NCBI GenBank assembly: GCA_963668175.1
Contig: OY764159.1
Span: forward strand, 2,656,001-2,720,000
Direction of reading: 5' to 3'
DNA length: 64,000 nt
Source: Syntrophales bacterium
GTDB taxonomy: Bacteria; Desulfobacterota; Syntrophia; Syntrophales; PHBD01
The position numbers were made by a program, and so were the translations under genes. Positions 39,047 to 49,313 of the stretch are shown piece after piece; within the stretch, counting starts at the first letter, position 1, and the number at the start of each line of letters is the position of its first letter. The notes under the pieces were generated by a model, which searched no databases, had not been told where the DNA came from, and was given only the letters and a program-made list of their open reading frames with translations.

Positions 39047-39278
39047 ATATTCCGACATTTTCAATGCCTGCCGGACAAGGCGCTTTACGGCTCAAGGAAA
39101 ATTGCCAGATTAGTCAGTGAGTTACAGGCAGAGAAGATTAATTGTAAAGAAGTGTAAAACATTGTTACGCTTTTGGGGTCGAATGAACATGCCGAGGATC
39201 GGCAGGTGAAAAAAGCTGTGCGCCCTGGGCGCGATCATCCATCAAACCATTTCAGGAAACAAGGCGCGTCGGCGCGGG

Positions 39279-39317
39279 AAGGACCGTTTGACACGCTTTC
39301 GGAAAAGGTGGTATTTT
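39279..39317. repeat. Partial third copy of the promoter-bearing repeat
   Basis: aaggaccgtttgacacgctttcggaaaaggtggtatttt has one mismatch to 36601-36639. Confidence 0.85.
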
Positions 39318-39399
39318 AGCCGGGCCGGACATGGTTTCTCCGTCCGGCGTCCGGCGGTCCGATACGGGTTTTGATCTTAAACCATGCTGCAAGGGCGAT

Positions 39400-41013
39400 A
39401 TGAGGCGGCGTCTTTCCTTCTGGTTCCTTCGTTTGGCAGGGCTTCTTCTGTTGTGTCTCCATGCGGGGGCCTGCGCCTCCGTGCCGTTCAACCATGCGAA
39501 AACGCCCACATTCGCGATTCCCCCCTCCCACGAGACGCGCCTGTGGAAGGGGCTTACGCCCCAGATGGAGCGCAACGAGGGCAAGTCCGGCTTCTTCCTC
39601 ATGCCGTCCGGCATGGACGCGTTCATGGCCCGTTACTATCTCATCGAGACGGCGGACCGTACCCTCGACCTCCAGTATTTCATGTTTCACGACGACGACA
39701 CGGGGCTTGTGCTCGTGGAGCGGCTCCTGGCCGCGGCCAACCGCGGGGTGCGGGTGCGCCTGCTCTTCGACGACTGGCATGCCGCGGGCAAGGATTTCGA
39801 CCTGTCCATGCTCGGCAGCCACCCCAACATTATGATCAGGATTTTCAATCCCTTCACCTGGGACCGCACATCCGAACTGTCGCGGTTCCTGGAAGCCGTC
39901 ATGGCGGAAAAGCGGCTGCAGCGGCGCATGCACAACAAGGTCTTTATCGCCGACAATACGGTCGCCGTCGTCGGGGGGCGCAACATGGGAAACGAGTATT
40001 TCGACGCCAGCGCCGACGTCAATTTCTCCGACCTGGACATCATGATGGCGGGGCCCATCGCGCGCCGTGCATCGGAGGCGTTCGACCAGTACTGGAACAG
40101 CGACCTGGCCGTTCCCATAGAGGCCCTGGCGTACGGCAGGCCCGGCAGGGAAGACATCAGGGAAGGGGAGGCGCGCCTCCGGGCCGTCAGGGAGAAAGCC
40201 AGGGGCTCGAAGTATGAGCAGGACCTGCGCGCCGGCGACTTTCTGGCGCGGCTCCGGTCGGGGAGCGTCCCGTTCGTCTGGGCGGAAGGCCTGTTCCTCG
40301 CGGACAAGCCGGTCAAGGTGCAGGCGCCGCCGGAGGAAAACCCATCCGCCTATCTCGCGCCCATTCTCGATTCCTTCGGCAGGACGGCCGTGTCCGAAGT
40401 GCTGATCATGACCCCCTATTTCGTTCCCGGCCGGGAAGGGGTGGAGATCATGAAGGCGCAGCGGGAGCGCGGGGTAAAAATCAAAGTGCTCACCAATTCC
40501 CTGGCGTCGACCGACGTCAGGGCCGTGCACGGCGCGTATGCCAAGTACCGGGAGGAACTGCTCCGGGCGGGGGTCGAGCTTTTCGAGATGAAGCCGGAGG
40601 CGGGGGATGTCCCCAGGGAGAGGCGCAGGGAAAGGTCCGGTTCTTCCAGGGGGGCCCTCCATGCCAAGACGTACATCCTCGACCGCGAACTCGTCTTCGT
40701 GGGTTCCTACAACATGGATTACCGGTCCCGCACGCTGAACACGGAAAGCGGCATCGGCATCATGAGTCCGGAGATCGCCGGGCAGGCGGCGCGGCTGTTC
40801 GAGTCGAGGACGTCCCCGGAGCGGTCCTACCGCCTGGTCCTCGCGGACGAGGCCGGGGAGGCGGGCGGCGGGAAGCCGGGGAAGCAGGTCCTTTCCTGGG
40901 TTACGGAGGAGGAGGGGCAAACGGTCGTCTACGACGAAGAGCCCATGACGGACGTCTGGGACAGGCTGTTCGTCAGGATCATGACCTGGCTGATACCGGA
41001 GGAAATCCTGTAG
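39400..41013 (+). CDS. Phospholipase D family (ClsC-like) lipoprotein
   Basis: Two HKD motifs (HNKVFIAD, HAKTYILD); AGAC lipobox-like signal. Confidence 0.92.
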   Translation: MRRRLSFWFLRLAGLLLLCLHAGACASVPFNHAKTPTFAIPPSHETRLWKGLTPQMERNEGKSGFFLMPSGMDAFMARYYLIETADRTLDLQYFMFHDDDTGLVLVERLLAAANRGVRVRLLFDDWHAAGKDFDLSMLGSHPNIMIRIFNPFTWDRTSELSRFLEAVMAEKRLQRRMHNKVFIADNTVAVVGGRNMGNEYFDASADVNFSDLDIMMAGPIARRASEAFDQYWNSDLAVPIEALAYGRPGREDIREGEARLRAVREKARGSKYEQDLRAGDFLARLRSGSVPFVWAEGLFLADKPVKVQAPPEENPSAYLAPILDSFGRTAVSEVLIMTPYFVPGREGVEIMKAQRERGVKIKVLTNSLASTDVRAVHGAYAKYREELLRAGVELFEMKPEAGDVPRERRRERSGSSRGALHAKTYILDRELVFVGSYNMDYRSRTLNTESGIGIMSPEIAGQAARLFESRTSPERSYRLVLADEAGEAGGGKPGKQVLSWVTEEEGQTVVYDEEPMTDVWDRLFVRIMTWLIPEEIL

Positions 41014-41038
41014 GGCGGGGACATCGTGAGGCTGAGCC

Positions 41039-43675
41039 TTATGACGGGGCCGCCCGCTTATCCAGCTCCCTCCTGATCGCCAGGCCTATCCGCTCCTTGA
41101 TGTACGGCTTCCTGACAAAGGCCCCCGCGCCCAGGGCCTGGGCCATCCTTACCTTGTCCGTTTCGGCGTAACCGCTGACGATGACGGCTTTCTGGCGAGG
41201 CTTGAACTCAGCGATCCGCCTGTACGTCTCGTAGCCGTCCAGGCCGGGTTCCATGATCATATCGAGAACCACCAGGTCCGCCTCCTTCTTTTTGAGATAT
41301 TCAACGGCATCTTCGCCGCTGGCCGCACTCTCCACGATGTAGTTGAGCTTGCTCAGAATGCGGACCGCGAGTTCCCTTTGCTCTTTGCTGTCGTCCACCA
41401 CCAGGATCCTTTCCCCTCGGCCCGCGTATTCCCCGGGCGGCGCCGTTAACTCTTCTTCGGTTTCGGCGTCGTGCGTTATGGGGAAGAAGAGGCGGAATGT
41501 CGTCCCCTTGCCCTGTTCGCTGTCCACGTCGATATATCCGTTGTGGTCCTTGACGGTTCCCCAGACGACGGACAGCCCCAGTCCCGTGCCGCTCCTCCCC
41601 ATGACCTTCTTCGTATAGAAGGGTTCGAATATCCGCTTCAGGTCGTCAGGGGCGATGCCTCCGCCGTTGTCCGCAACGCTGAGGACGGCGTAATCCCCTT
41701 CCTTAAGCTCGTCAAAGCCGGACACCGGTTCGTCCAGGTAGAGATTCAACGTGCGGATGACGATCTCTCCTCCGGATGCGATCGCTTCCGCGGCGTTTCC
41801 GACGAGATTGGCCAGCGTCTTCGACAGATGAACCCTGGAACCGCTGATCAAGAGAAGTTCTTCATCCGGTTCGGCCGTTACGCGGACGCCGGGGTGAAGC
41901 GATTGCAGCTTCGCGAACTCGGCGCTCTTGAGGTATTCGGCGACGATCCGGTTGAGATTGACGGCCGTCTTAGCCTGCACGCCCCGCCGGGCCATGGTGA
42001 GAAGGTCCTGCACGATCGCCGCCGCCTGCTCGCCGCCGCTGATGATGCTGCGGGTGTCTTCGCGGAGGTGCTCGGAATCGTCGAGGCGGTCGTGGAGAAT
42101 CTCCGCATATCCGACGAGAATCCCCAGCGCGTTGTTGAGGTCATGGGCGACGCCGCCCGCCAGCAGTCCCAGCGCCTCCATCTTTTCGGCCCTTTGCAGG
42201 CGTTCCTGCAGAGTACGGCGCTCTTCCTCGGCCTGCTTGCTTTTCGTGATGTCGATGAACATGGCCAGCGACCCGGAGAAATCGCCGTTGTTGTCCCTGA
42301 TGGCCGTCGCGGAAACGATGGTCCATAGAGCCGATCCGTCCTTTTTCCTGAAACGGCGTTCGTATATTTCGTCTTTGCCCGCATGCCTCTGATCCATCCT
42401 TTCTTTATGGAAAGCGAGGTCCTCGGGGAACAGGAAATCTTCCACCTTCTTTCCGATCATCTCGGAAACGGCGTATCCCAGCATCTTTGCCATCGCGCCG
42501 TTGACGAAGGTCGTCTCCTGATCCCGGTTGATGGACCAAATGCCCTCGTTGGCCGTCTCCACCAGGATGCGGTATTTCTTTTCGGTCTCTTGCAGCGCTT
42601 CCTCCTTGTCGACGATTGCACACGCCATCAGGTCGACGGAGGAAGCGAGCTTCTGCAATTCCACCGGGCCTCCCGGCTTCCTGGGTTGCGGCGTCCTGCT
42701 GTGGGTCAGCGCGAAGATATGCTCGCTGAACGAGTCCACCGACGATGTGAGGGCATTGGAGATCATGACGGCCGCCGCGAAGAAGACGGCCGACAGCAGG
42801 AGGAACAGGGCCGCCTGCTTTGCCACCCGCGATCCGATGGTCTTTTCCACGCTGTCCAGCGGCGTTTCGGCGCAGACGATCCAGCGTGTAGAGGAGACGG
42901 GTTTGGTCGATAAGAGGACCTTGCCATTTCCTTCAAGGGAGGCGAAAATCCCCGTCAATTCCCGCCTGTCCAACGCCGCTCCGATACCCGGCCAACGCGC
43001 CGTCAGATTCCGCCGTTCCCAATCCCATGATATCTTCGGGTAGCGGAAAACGGCGCGGCCGTTGCCGTCGACGATCGTTATATCGACGTCGTCGGTCGGG
43101 GCGGTCCTGATCAGCGTATCCATCCGGTCCGCGTCGATTCCGGCGATCATGATGCCGATCAGATTTCCGGCCTGGCCGTAAATGCCCCGGCTTATGGTGA
43201 ATATGGCGTCATGCGGCGGGGCGCGCGAGATGATGAGATCGCTGATCGCCCATTCTTTTCCCGCAACGATCTGCCGTATGTAGTCCCTGTCCCGGTAATC
43301 CAGGCCGGTCTTGCCGGTGCTTGCGGCGATCACCTTGTGCGTCTGCGGATCGTACCAGGAGAAAGCCCTGACCGCGACGTATGCCCGGACGTTCGCCGCC
43401 AGTATCCGGTTCATCCGGTCGGCGGAAAGACGGCCGGAAGTCGTGAAATGGATGCCGATGGCCAGTTCCTGGTGCAGGATGTCCTGGATAAAGGCCTGCA
43501 CGGTATCGCTTGCGAGACGCGCGACGTATTCGTTGGCCTTGTCCGCCCCCGCTCTCAGGGTCTGGTATTCTATGACGATGTAGCCGACCTGGATGATGAG
43601 CAGGGGAATGAGGGCGATCAGGACGATCAATCGGATTCTGTTGCGAAGGGTATAACTGGACAGCCGCTCTTTCAT
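41039..43675 (-). CDS. Hybrid sensor histidine kinase (Cache-PAS-HisKA-HATPase-REC)
   Basis: Two TMs; AHDLNN, FEPFYTKK, GTGLGL and LVVLDMIM motifs. Confidence 0.93.
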   Translation of the reverse strand: MKERLSSYTLRNRIRLIVLIALIPLLIIQVGYIVIEYQTLRAGADKANEYVARLASDTVQAFIQDILHQELAIGIHFTTSGRLSADRMNRILAANVRAYVAVRAFSWYDPQTHKVIAASTGKTGLDYRDRDYIRQIVAGKEWAISDLIISRAPPHDAIFTISRGIYGQAGNLIGIMIAGIDADRMDTLIRTAPTDDVDITIVDGNGRAVFRYPKISWDWERRNLTARWPGIGAALDRRELTGIFASLEGNGKVLLSTKPVSSTRWIVCAETPLDSVEKTIGSRVAKQAALFLLLSAVFFAAAVMISNALTSSVDSFSEHIFALTHSRTPQPRKPGGPVELQKLASSVDLMACAIVDKEEALQETEKKYRILVETANEGIWSINRDQETTFVNGAMAKMLGYAVSEMIGKKVEDFLFPEDLAFHKERMDQRHAGKDEIYERRFRKKDGSALWTIVSATAIRDNNGDFSGSLAMFIDITKSKQAEEERRTLQERLQRAEKMEALGLLAGGVAHDLNNALGILVGYAEILHDRLDDSEHLREDTRSIISGGEQAAAIVQDLLTMARRGVQAKTAVNLNRIVAEYLKSAEFAKLQSLHPGVRVTAEPDEELLLISGSRVHLSKTLANLVGNAAEAIASGGEIVIRTLNLYLDEPVSGFDELKEGDYAVLSVADNGGGIAPDDLKRIFEPFYTKKVMGRSGTGLGLSVVWGTVKDHNGYIDVDSEQGKGTTFRLFFPITHDAETEEELTAPPGEYAGRGERILVVDDSKEQRELAVRILSKLNYIVESAASGEDAVEYLKKKEADLVVLDMIMEPGLDGYETYRRIAEFKPRQKAVIVSGYAETDKVRMAQALGAGAFVRKPYIKERIGLAIRRELDKRAAPS

Positions 43676-43988
43676 CGTTGCCGAAACCTCCGTACAGTTT
43701 CAAGAGGAATAACGATCGAACGAAAGAACCAACTCATTACTGATATCATAACATTACCGGGACGCCAGGGAAAGAGGAACTTTCATCCGGACGGAAATAG
43801 GCAGCGCACGATAAAAACGGACCGGTCCGGCGAGGCGGAGAACCGTTCGTTGTGCGACCGTCGTTGCAATCCATACCGGGACGGCGCCGTGGCGTTTCCC
43901 GGCGGCCGCTTTCGGGAAAGCGGCGAGCCTGCGGCCGTTCGATAAGGCGCGAAGGGATCGGACCGGCATCTCCGTCGGCTGCGGGTGC

Positions 43989-44921
43989 CTATCGGGATGC
44001 GAGGAACAATCTGAAAAGTTCGGAGAGGGTGGTCACGCCGGGGAGGAGATAGTGGATCAGGCCTCCGGCGGCGAGCGCGAGGAGGAGCGTCAGGGCGAAG
44101 GGGAGGCGTGTCGCCTTGAAGACGCTGCCCATCCAGTCGTCGCAGGTTATCCGTTTGCCGCTGCGGACGAGGCTGCCGGCGAGGATGACGTTGAAGGCCG
44201 CCTCGGAGAGGATCGTCGGCGCGACGTAGAGCAGGTAGATGCCCACGCCGAAAACCGCCGCGGCGGCCAGGGCAAGGGCCCCGACGCAGACAATGACGGC
44301 CAGCCCGCCTTCGCCGTCGGCGGCATCCGCCGCGCCGGAAAAGACGTGGCCCACGGCCTCGCCCGCGCCAGTATCGCAATCGTCCGGAACGGCGGCGCGA
44401 ACGACCGCATCGGCGGGACCGTCGAAAACGCGATCCGCACCGCCGCCTCCTGAACCTCCGCCCTGGAAGAGCGAAGCGTCGGGGGCGGTGTGAGCATCGG
44501 GAACGCTGCACGCGCCGGAGCCTGCGCCCGAAGGCATGCCGGGACCGGGGCTCGCGAAATCGAGCAATGCGGAGGCCGTATCGCCTGTGCTGTTCCCGGC
44601 TTTCGCTTCCGCGGGCGCACAGGAGACGCACCGGAGCCAGACCTTGACGGCGATAAAGAAGACGGCATAGGAGAGGAGCACGGCCAGGGGATAGCGGATC
44701 GCGACGTTCTCCATGTGCAGTTTATGGAAACCCCACGTTGCCAGGAAACCGCCGCCCGCCGCCACCGTCAGGATCATCGCCATGTGGAAGCGGAGCGCAT
44801 ATCTCGCCCCGAACGCCCGGGCGAATTTTCCCTTGTACCGGTCCGGGCGGACCAGGGGGGCCTTCTCGATTATTGCGGGTTCTTTCATGGCGGTTTGTTG
44901 CACATCGCTTCGTTCAGTCAT
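43989..44921 (-). CDS. Membrane protein with a Gly/Ala/Asp-rich linker
   Basis: TM segments flanking FQGGGSGGGGA; start codon uncertain. Confidence 0.75.
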   Translation of the reverse strand: MTERSDVQQTAMKEPAIIEKAPLVRPDRYKGKFARAFGARYALRFHMAMILTVAAGGGFLATWGFHKLHMENVAIRYPLAVLLSYAVFFIAVKVWLRCVSCAPAEAKAGNSTGDTASALLDFASPGPGMPSGAGSGACSVPDAHTAPDASLFQGGGSGGGGADRVFDGPADAVVRAAVPDDCDTGAGEAVGHVFSGAADAADGEGGLAVIVCVGALALAAAAVFGVGIYLLYVAPTILSEAAFNVILAGSLVRSGKRITCDDWMGSVFKATRLPFALTLLLALAAGGLIHYLLPGVTTLSELFRLFLASR

Positions 44922-45108
44922 CGTGTTTTAATACAAGGTGTCTCTAGGTATTGCCGACATGATCGAACGCCAGCGCCAGTTATTCGTGGTCGATAATGTC
45001 TGCTCTCTCAGAAGTATGATCATAACCATTTAAAATAGAGCAATACAAAATCGGCGGCAAATTCTCCTATGCTTACAGGATACCCTTTAATGTTTCAAAA
45101 AACATATG

Positions 45109-45885
45109 CTAATTGCGGTCCCAAAGATCCAATTGCTTTTTTGCCATCTTCCTGACGCCTTTCTGTGCGTGTTTTACAGCTTCAGCGATTATTGCAATTG
45201 CACTTTGTTTTTTAGTCGTCGCCAAAGCGACAATAGCATCGCACTTCAATCTGCCAAAATGTTGAAATTCGATAAAGCGCGTAGGATCAAGATACAGGAT
45301 TTTATTTAATTCGTTAATCGACTCTTCCGTCCGGATTTTTCCCAAGGCTTCAATAATTTCTTTTTTGACATGGACCCCAGGAATATCTGATTCGCCGGGA
45401 ATTATAATCGAATATTCTTCCTGTGTGCCATTCATGAATAAATCTACCAGAGGCGATACCGAACGATTATCCTTTAGAATTGCCAAACCTTGAATTGCGG
45501 TCATAACTAAAGGACCCTTTCTTTGTATCAGTATCTCAAGAAGATCATCAGAGATGTTCCCATCCTTAAGCATGCATATACCGAGTATGAATTCGTGCTG
45601 AAGCCCTGAATCCGTTTTGTGTTTATTTAAAGCATACCAAAATGCGTCGAGCGATCTTTTGTCCCCAACTTCTCTAAGAATCCAAGCTGCAGCCCATAGC
45701 ATATATCTGTTGCTCGCTATGAATAGTCTTTCTATTAAAGGTACAACAACTTTATCACCTAATTTAATGAGCTGTTTCACTTCCCGATTGAATTGAATGA
45801 TGTTGTTTCTGTGAGTTTCCGGATCAGTGTCCAGACTTTCAATCCAATCGAGCTTTTCCTTTATTGTATCTTTCAGTTCGTTCAT
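45109..45885 (-). CDS. AT-rich HEAT/PBS-lyase repeat protein
   Basis: LGDKVVVPLI, AAWILREVGDKRSL, AIQGLAILKDNRSVSPL, IIEALGKI. Confidence 0.82.
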   Translation of the reverse strand: MNELKDTIKEKLDWIESLDTDPETHRNNIIQFNREVKQLIKLGDKVVVPLIERLFIASNRYMLWAAAWILREVGDKRSLDAFWYALNKHKTDSGLQHEFILGICMLKDGNISDDLLEILIQRKGPLVMTAIQGLAILKDNRSVSPLVDLFMNGTQEEYSIIIPGESDIPGVHVKKEIIEALGKIRTEESINELNKILYLDPTRFIEFQHFGRLKCDAIVALATTKKQSAIAIIAEAVKHAQKGVRKMAKKQLDLWDRN

Positions 45886-45969
45886 GAGTATTCATCTGTT
45901 CTAAATATTTTCCCATTTCAACTAGTGACGAACGCCATCACTCACTCGCCAGTGCCGACCATGCGGCGC

Positions 45970-46721
45970 TTAGGAGCCGTACAGCGCCGACTCGGCGGCG
46001 CTTTTGGCATGAATCGCCGTCGTGTCGAAGAGCGGTATGGGCGAATCTTCCGGGCCGACGAGGAGCGATATCTCCGTGCAGCCGAGGATGACGGCCTCCG
46101 CCCCACGGGCGGCAAGCCCCGCGACGATCCGGCGGAACTCCGCGCGGGACGCCTCGACGATCCTGCCCAGGCAAAGTTCCTCGTAGATCGTCCGGTGGAC
46201 GATCTGCCGGTCCGCCTCATCCGGAATAAGCACCGTTAGGCCGTGGCGCTCCGCCGGTCCTTGTAGAAGGCCTCGTAGATCGTCCGATCGTGAAGCGCGT
46301 GCTCCGCGAGGCGGTCCTTGTAGAAGGCCTCCTCCATCGTGAAGCGCGTGCCGAGCAGACCGACCGTGGCGCAGCCGGCCTTTTTGATTGCCGCGGCGGC
46401 CGCGTCGGCGATGTGGAGGAGCGGGACGGACACCGCCGCCTCGATGGCCGGGGCGACCTTGTGCATCGTGTTCGTGCAAAGGACGATGAAGTCCGCCCCC
46501 GCGGCCTCAACCGCCCGCGCCGCACCCGCTAGGAGCTTTCCCGCCGCGTCCCAGTCCCCCGCGTCCTGCATGGCTTCGATCTCGTGGAAATCGACGCTGT
46601 AGAGGGCGATCTTCGCCGAATGCAGGCCGCCCAGGCGGTCGCGCACGGTTTCGTTGACGATGCGGTAGTAGGGGACGGTGGACTCCCAGCTCATCCCCCC
46701 GATCATGCCGATGGTCTTCAT
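45970..46721 (-). pseudogene. Aspartate/glutamate racemase (YgeA-like) disrupted by a 53-bp insertion
   Basis: MKTIGMIGGMSWEST, LCTNTMH and ILGCTEI motifs; removing 46248-46300 restores ...FYKDRLAERHGLTVLIPD... Confidence 0.9.
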
Positions 46722-46983
46722 GGGGCCTCCTTTCAATGCGGATTGGCCGAGCGCTCCGGCGCGGCCGCACCCGCAGCATAGCACAAGGAACAGGCTTTTG
46801 TAGAGGGGCGGATTGCCATTCGCGATTCTTAAGAAAAATAGTTTTCAGAAGCCCTGCGGCAGAAGCGATAAAACCGGCAGCAGGTTTTATTGGCTTCACC
46901 TACGAAGATGCACAGGCCGGATATGGTGGACGATGAAGATAACGACTTGAAAGCTTCATCTTCGATAGGCACAACAGGTTATA

Positions 46984-48609
46984 TTATACGGGTGATGACG
47001 GCAGGGCAAAATAGAAGGTCGCGCCTTCGCCTTCCTTTCCTTCCGCCCACACGCGGCCGCCGTGGCGGTGGACGATGCGCTGGACAATGGCGAGTCCAAC
47101 GCCCGTTCCCTCGTGCTCTTCGTCGTTGTGGAGGCGCTGGAAGACCTGGAACAATTTATCGTAGTAAGCCATATCGAAACCGACGCCGTTGTCCCTGACA
47201 AAGTAAACGGTCTCGCCGGCGCCGACGCTGCCCCCGACTTCGATCACGGCAAGATCGCTCGTTTTGGTGAACTTGACGGCGTTGGAGAGAAGGTTCAGCA
47301 TGGCCTGCCCTAATAGCACGGCATCCCCGTAGCCTTCCGGCAGGCTGTTCGCCGTGAGGCGGATGGCTCTGTCTGCGTTCGCCGTCCGGAGGTCTTTCCA
47401 CAAACCGTTAACGAGGGCGGCCATGTCGATCCGTCCAAAGGACATTTCCCGCCTGCCGAGGCGGGAAATGGTCAGGAGATCGTCGATGAGCTGGCCCATC
47501 TTCCGAACGTTCGATCGGATAACGTTGAACTTGCGGAGCGAATCGCGGTCGAATTCCGGCCCGTGCTTCTTCAGGAGCATGCTGGAGAAGCCGTCGATGG
47601 CCCGCAGGGGCGCCCGCAGGTCGTGGGAGACGGAGTAGCTGAAGCTCTCCATCTCCTTGTTGGCTTCCTCCAGGTCATTGGTGCGCTCCGCGACGCGCTG
47701 CTCCAAGGTTTCCGCAAGCTCCTTCAAGGCGGCCTCGGATTTCCGCTGGGCGGTGATGTCAAAATCCATTTCGAGGATCAGGGGGGAACCGTCCGCATCG
47801 GTAAATGGAAAGTCGTAGGCGTCAATGATCGATCCATCCGGTGCACGGACTTCCCAATGGTGGGGACGGCCGGTTTCCAGGACTTTATAGGATTCGCAGA
47901 AATCGCACGGCTGGCTGTAACCGAAACAGTGTTCATAGCAATGCCGGCCCCGGGACTCGCCGAATTTCTCGCGAAAGCTGCGGTTGGCAAAGGCGACACG
48001 ATAGTCGGGCGTCAGGAGGCAGATCATGGCGGGCAGGGTCTCCAGGACGTCGAACAGCCTTTGCCGCTCCTGCCGGATTCGATCCTCCGCCTGCTTGAGG
48101 GCCGTGACGTCCGTCGCCACCATGCACACCGTTGCCGGCGAGCCCGTATCCTGATAGCTGTTTAAAGAGAGAAGAACCGGCAAGGCCGAACCGTCCGGCA
48201 TGACAAACGCCGTCTCCCCGCGGTAAGAGCTTTGTCGAAAGGCCGTCTCCATGGCGCCCCGGTCGCGGGAGGCGACAAACCGGTATACGGACGTACCAAT
48301 AAGCTTGTCCAGAGGTGTTCCCAGCATGTCGGCAAAGCGCTGATTGCTGTAAAAGATCGTTCCGTCGTCCGAGAGGGTTGCCGCACCCTCGTTCAGCATT
48401 TCGATCATGATCCGGTACGGCTGCTCCGCCCCGGTGAGGGTGAAAATCTTGTCTCCGTCGGGCGTCGACGTCACCAGGGCATCCACCTCGCCGTCGCGGA
48501 TGGCGCGCAGCGTCTCTTCCGCTTCAGTCAGGCGGGATTCCAACTCCTGAATTCTCGCCGGAAGCGTCCCTTCCCGGCTTTCTTTCGGTATTTTGGCGGT
48601 CTTTTTCAT
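46984..48609 (-). CDS. Cytoplasmic PAS-PAS histidine kinase associated with the kai genes
   Basis: EAEETLRAIRDGEVDALV, SHDLRAPLRAI, NLLSNAVKFT, GTGVGL; ATGA overlap with kaiB. Confidence 0.93.
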   Translation of the reverse strand: MKKTAKIPKESREGTLPARIQELESRLTEAEETLRAIRDGEVDALVTSTPDGDKIFTLTGAEQPYRIMIEMLNEGAATLSDDGTIFYSNQRFADMLGTPLDKLIGTSVYRFVASRDRGAMETAFRQSSYRGETAFVMPDGSALPVLLSLNSYQDTGSPATVCMVATDVTALKQAEDRIRQERQRLFDVLETLPAMICLLTPDYRVAFANRSFREKFGESRGRHCYEHCFGYSQPCDFCESYKVLETGRPHHWEVRAPDGSIIDAYDFPFTDADGSPLILEMDFDITAQRKSEAALKELAETLEQRVAERTNDLEEANKEMESFSYSVSHDLRAPLRAIDGFSSMLLKKHGPEFDRDSLRKFNVIRSNVRKMGQLIDDLLTISRLGRREMSFGRIDMAALVNGLWKDLRTANADRAIRLTANSLPEGYGDAVLLGQAMLNLLSNAVKFTKTSDLAVIEVGGSVGAGETVYFVRDNGVGFDMAYYDKLFQVFQRLHNDEEHEGTGVGLAIVQRIVHRHGGRVWAEGKEGEGATFYFALPSSPV

Positions 48610-48950
48610 GGCTTTTTGGGTTTCAAATCGATGCCCACGAGGAATTTCTCCGCATCGGACATATCGCCGATCAGGCGGCGCAGCGGCAGGGGGAGTTTCT
48701 TGACAAGCGTGGGCGCTGCGATGATTTGCTCGCCGCGGGCCAGATTGGGCTGCTGGTAAATATCGATAACCTCTAGCTCGTATCGGCCCTTTAAATGTTC
48801 TTCGCAGATCTTCTTCACGCTGGCGATCGCCAGGGTGGACCGGGGCGTAATCCCGGTAATGTAGAGGCGGAGGACATACTTCTCCTGCCCCGCTTTCCTG
48901 ACGGCCTTCTCAAATTCCCTGGTCGATGTCATTGTCTTTTGCCCAGGCAT
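48606..48950 (-). CDS. kaiB: KaiB family protein
   Basis: YVLRLYITG.TPRS...IIAAPTLVKKLPLPLRRLIGD. Confidence 0.93.
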   Translation of the reverse strand: MPGQKTMTSTREFEKAVRKAGQEKYVLRLYITGITPRSTLAIASVKKICEEHLKGRYELEVIDIYQQPNLARGEQIIAAPTLVKKLPLPLRRLIGDMSDAEKFLVGIDLKPKKP

Positions 48951-48971
48951 GGCGGCGGCTCCTGCGATGGA

Positions 48972-49313
48972 TTATGCAGCCTTGGCGGCCGGTTTGATAT
49001 CCAGGCCGACGAGGACGCGTTCCGTGTTGGCCAGGTCGCCGATGATCTTCTTGACCGGCTGCGGGAGCTTCCGGACGAGGGTCGGCAGGGCCAGGATCTG
49101 GTCCCCCTTGGCGAGGGCCGGGTTCTTGAGAAGATCGATGACCTCGATGCGGTAGCGGCCCTTCAGGTGATCCTCGCAAATCTTCTTGAGATTGGCGAAG
49201 GCCGCGAGAGACTTCGTCGTCTGCCCGGCCACATAGAGCTTGAGAGTCCAAATCTCTTCGGAAAAATTACCGGCAGTGTTATTGTTTTTCTTCTTCCGTG
49301 TTGTCTCCATCAT
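48972..49313 (-). CDS. kaiB: KaiB family protein
   Basis: LKLYVAGQT...[22 protein letters not shown]. Confidence 0.93.
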   Translation of the reverse strand: MMETTRKKKNNNTAGNFSEEIWTLKLYVAGQTTKSLAAFANLKKICEDHLKGRYRIEVIDLLKNPALAKGDQILALPTLVRKLPQPVKKIIGDLANTERVLVGLDIKPAAKAA

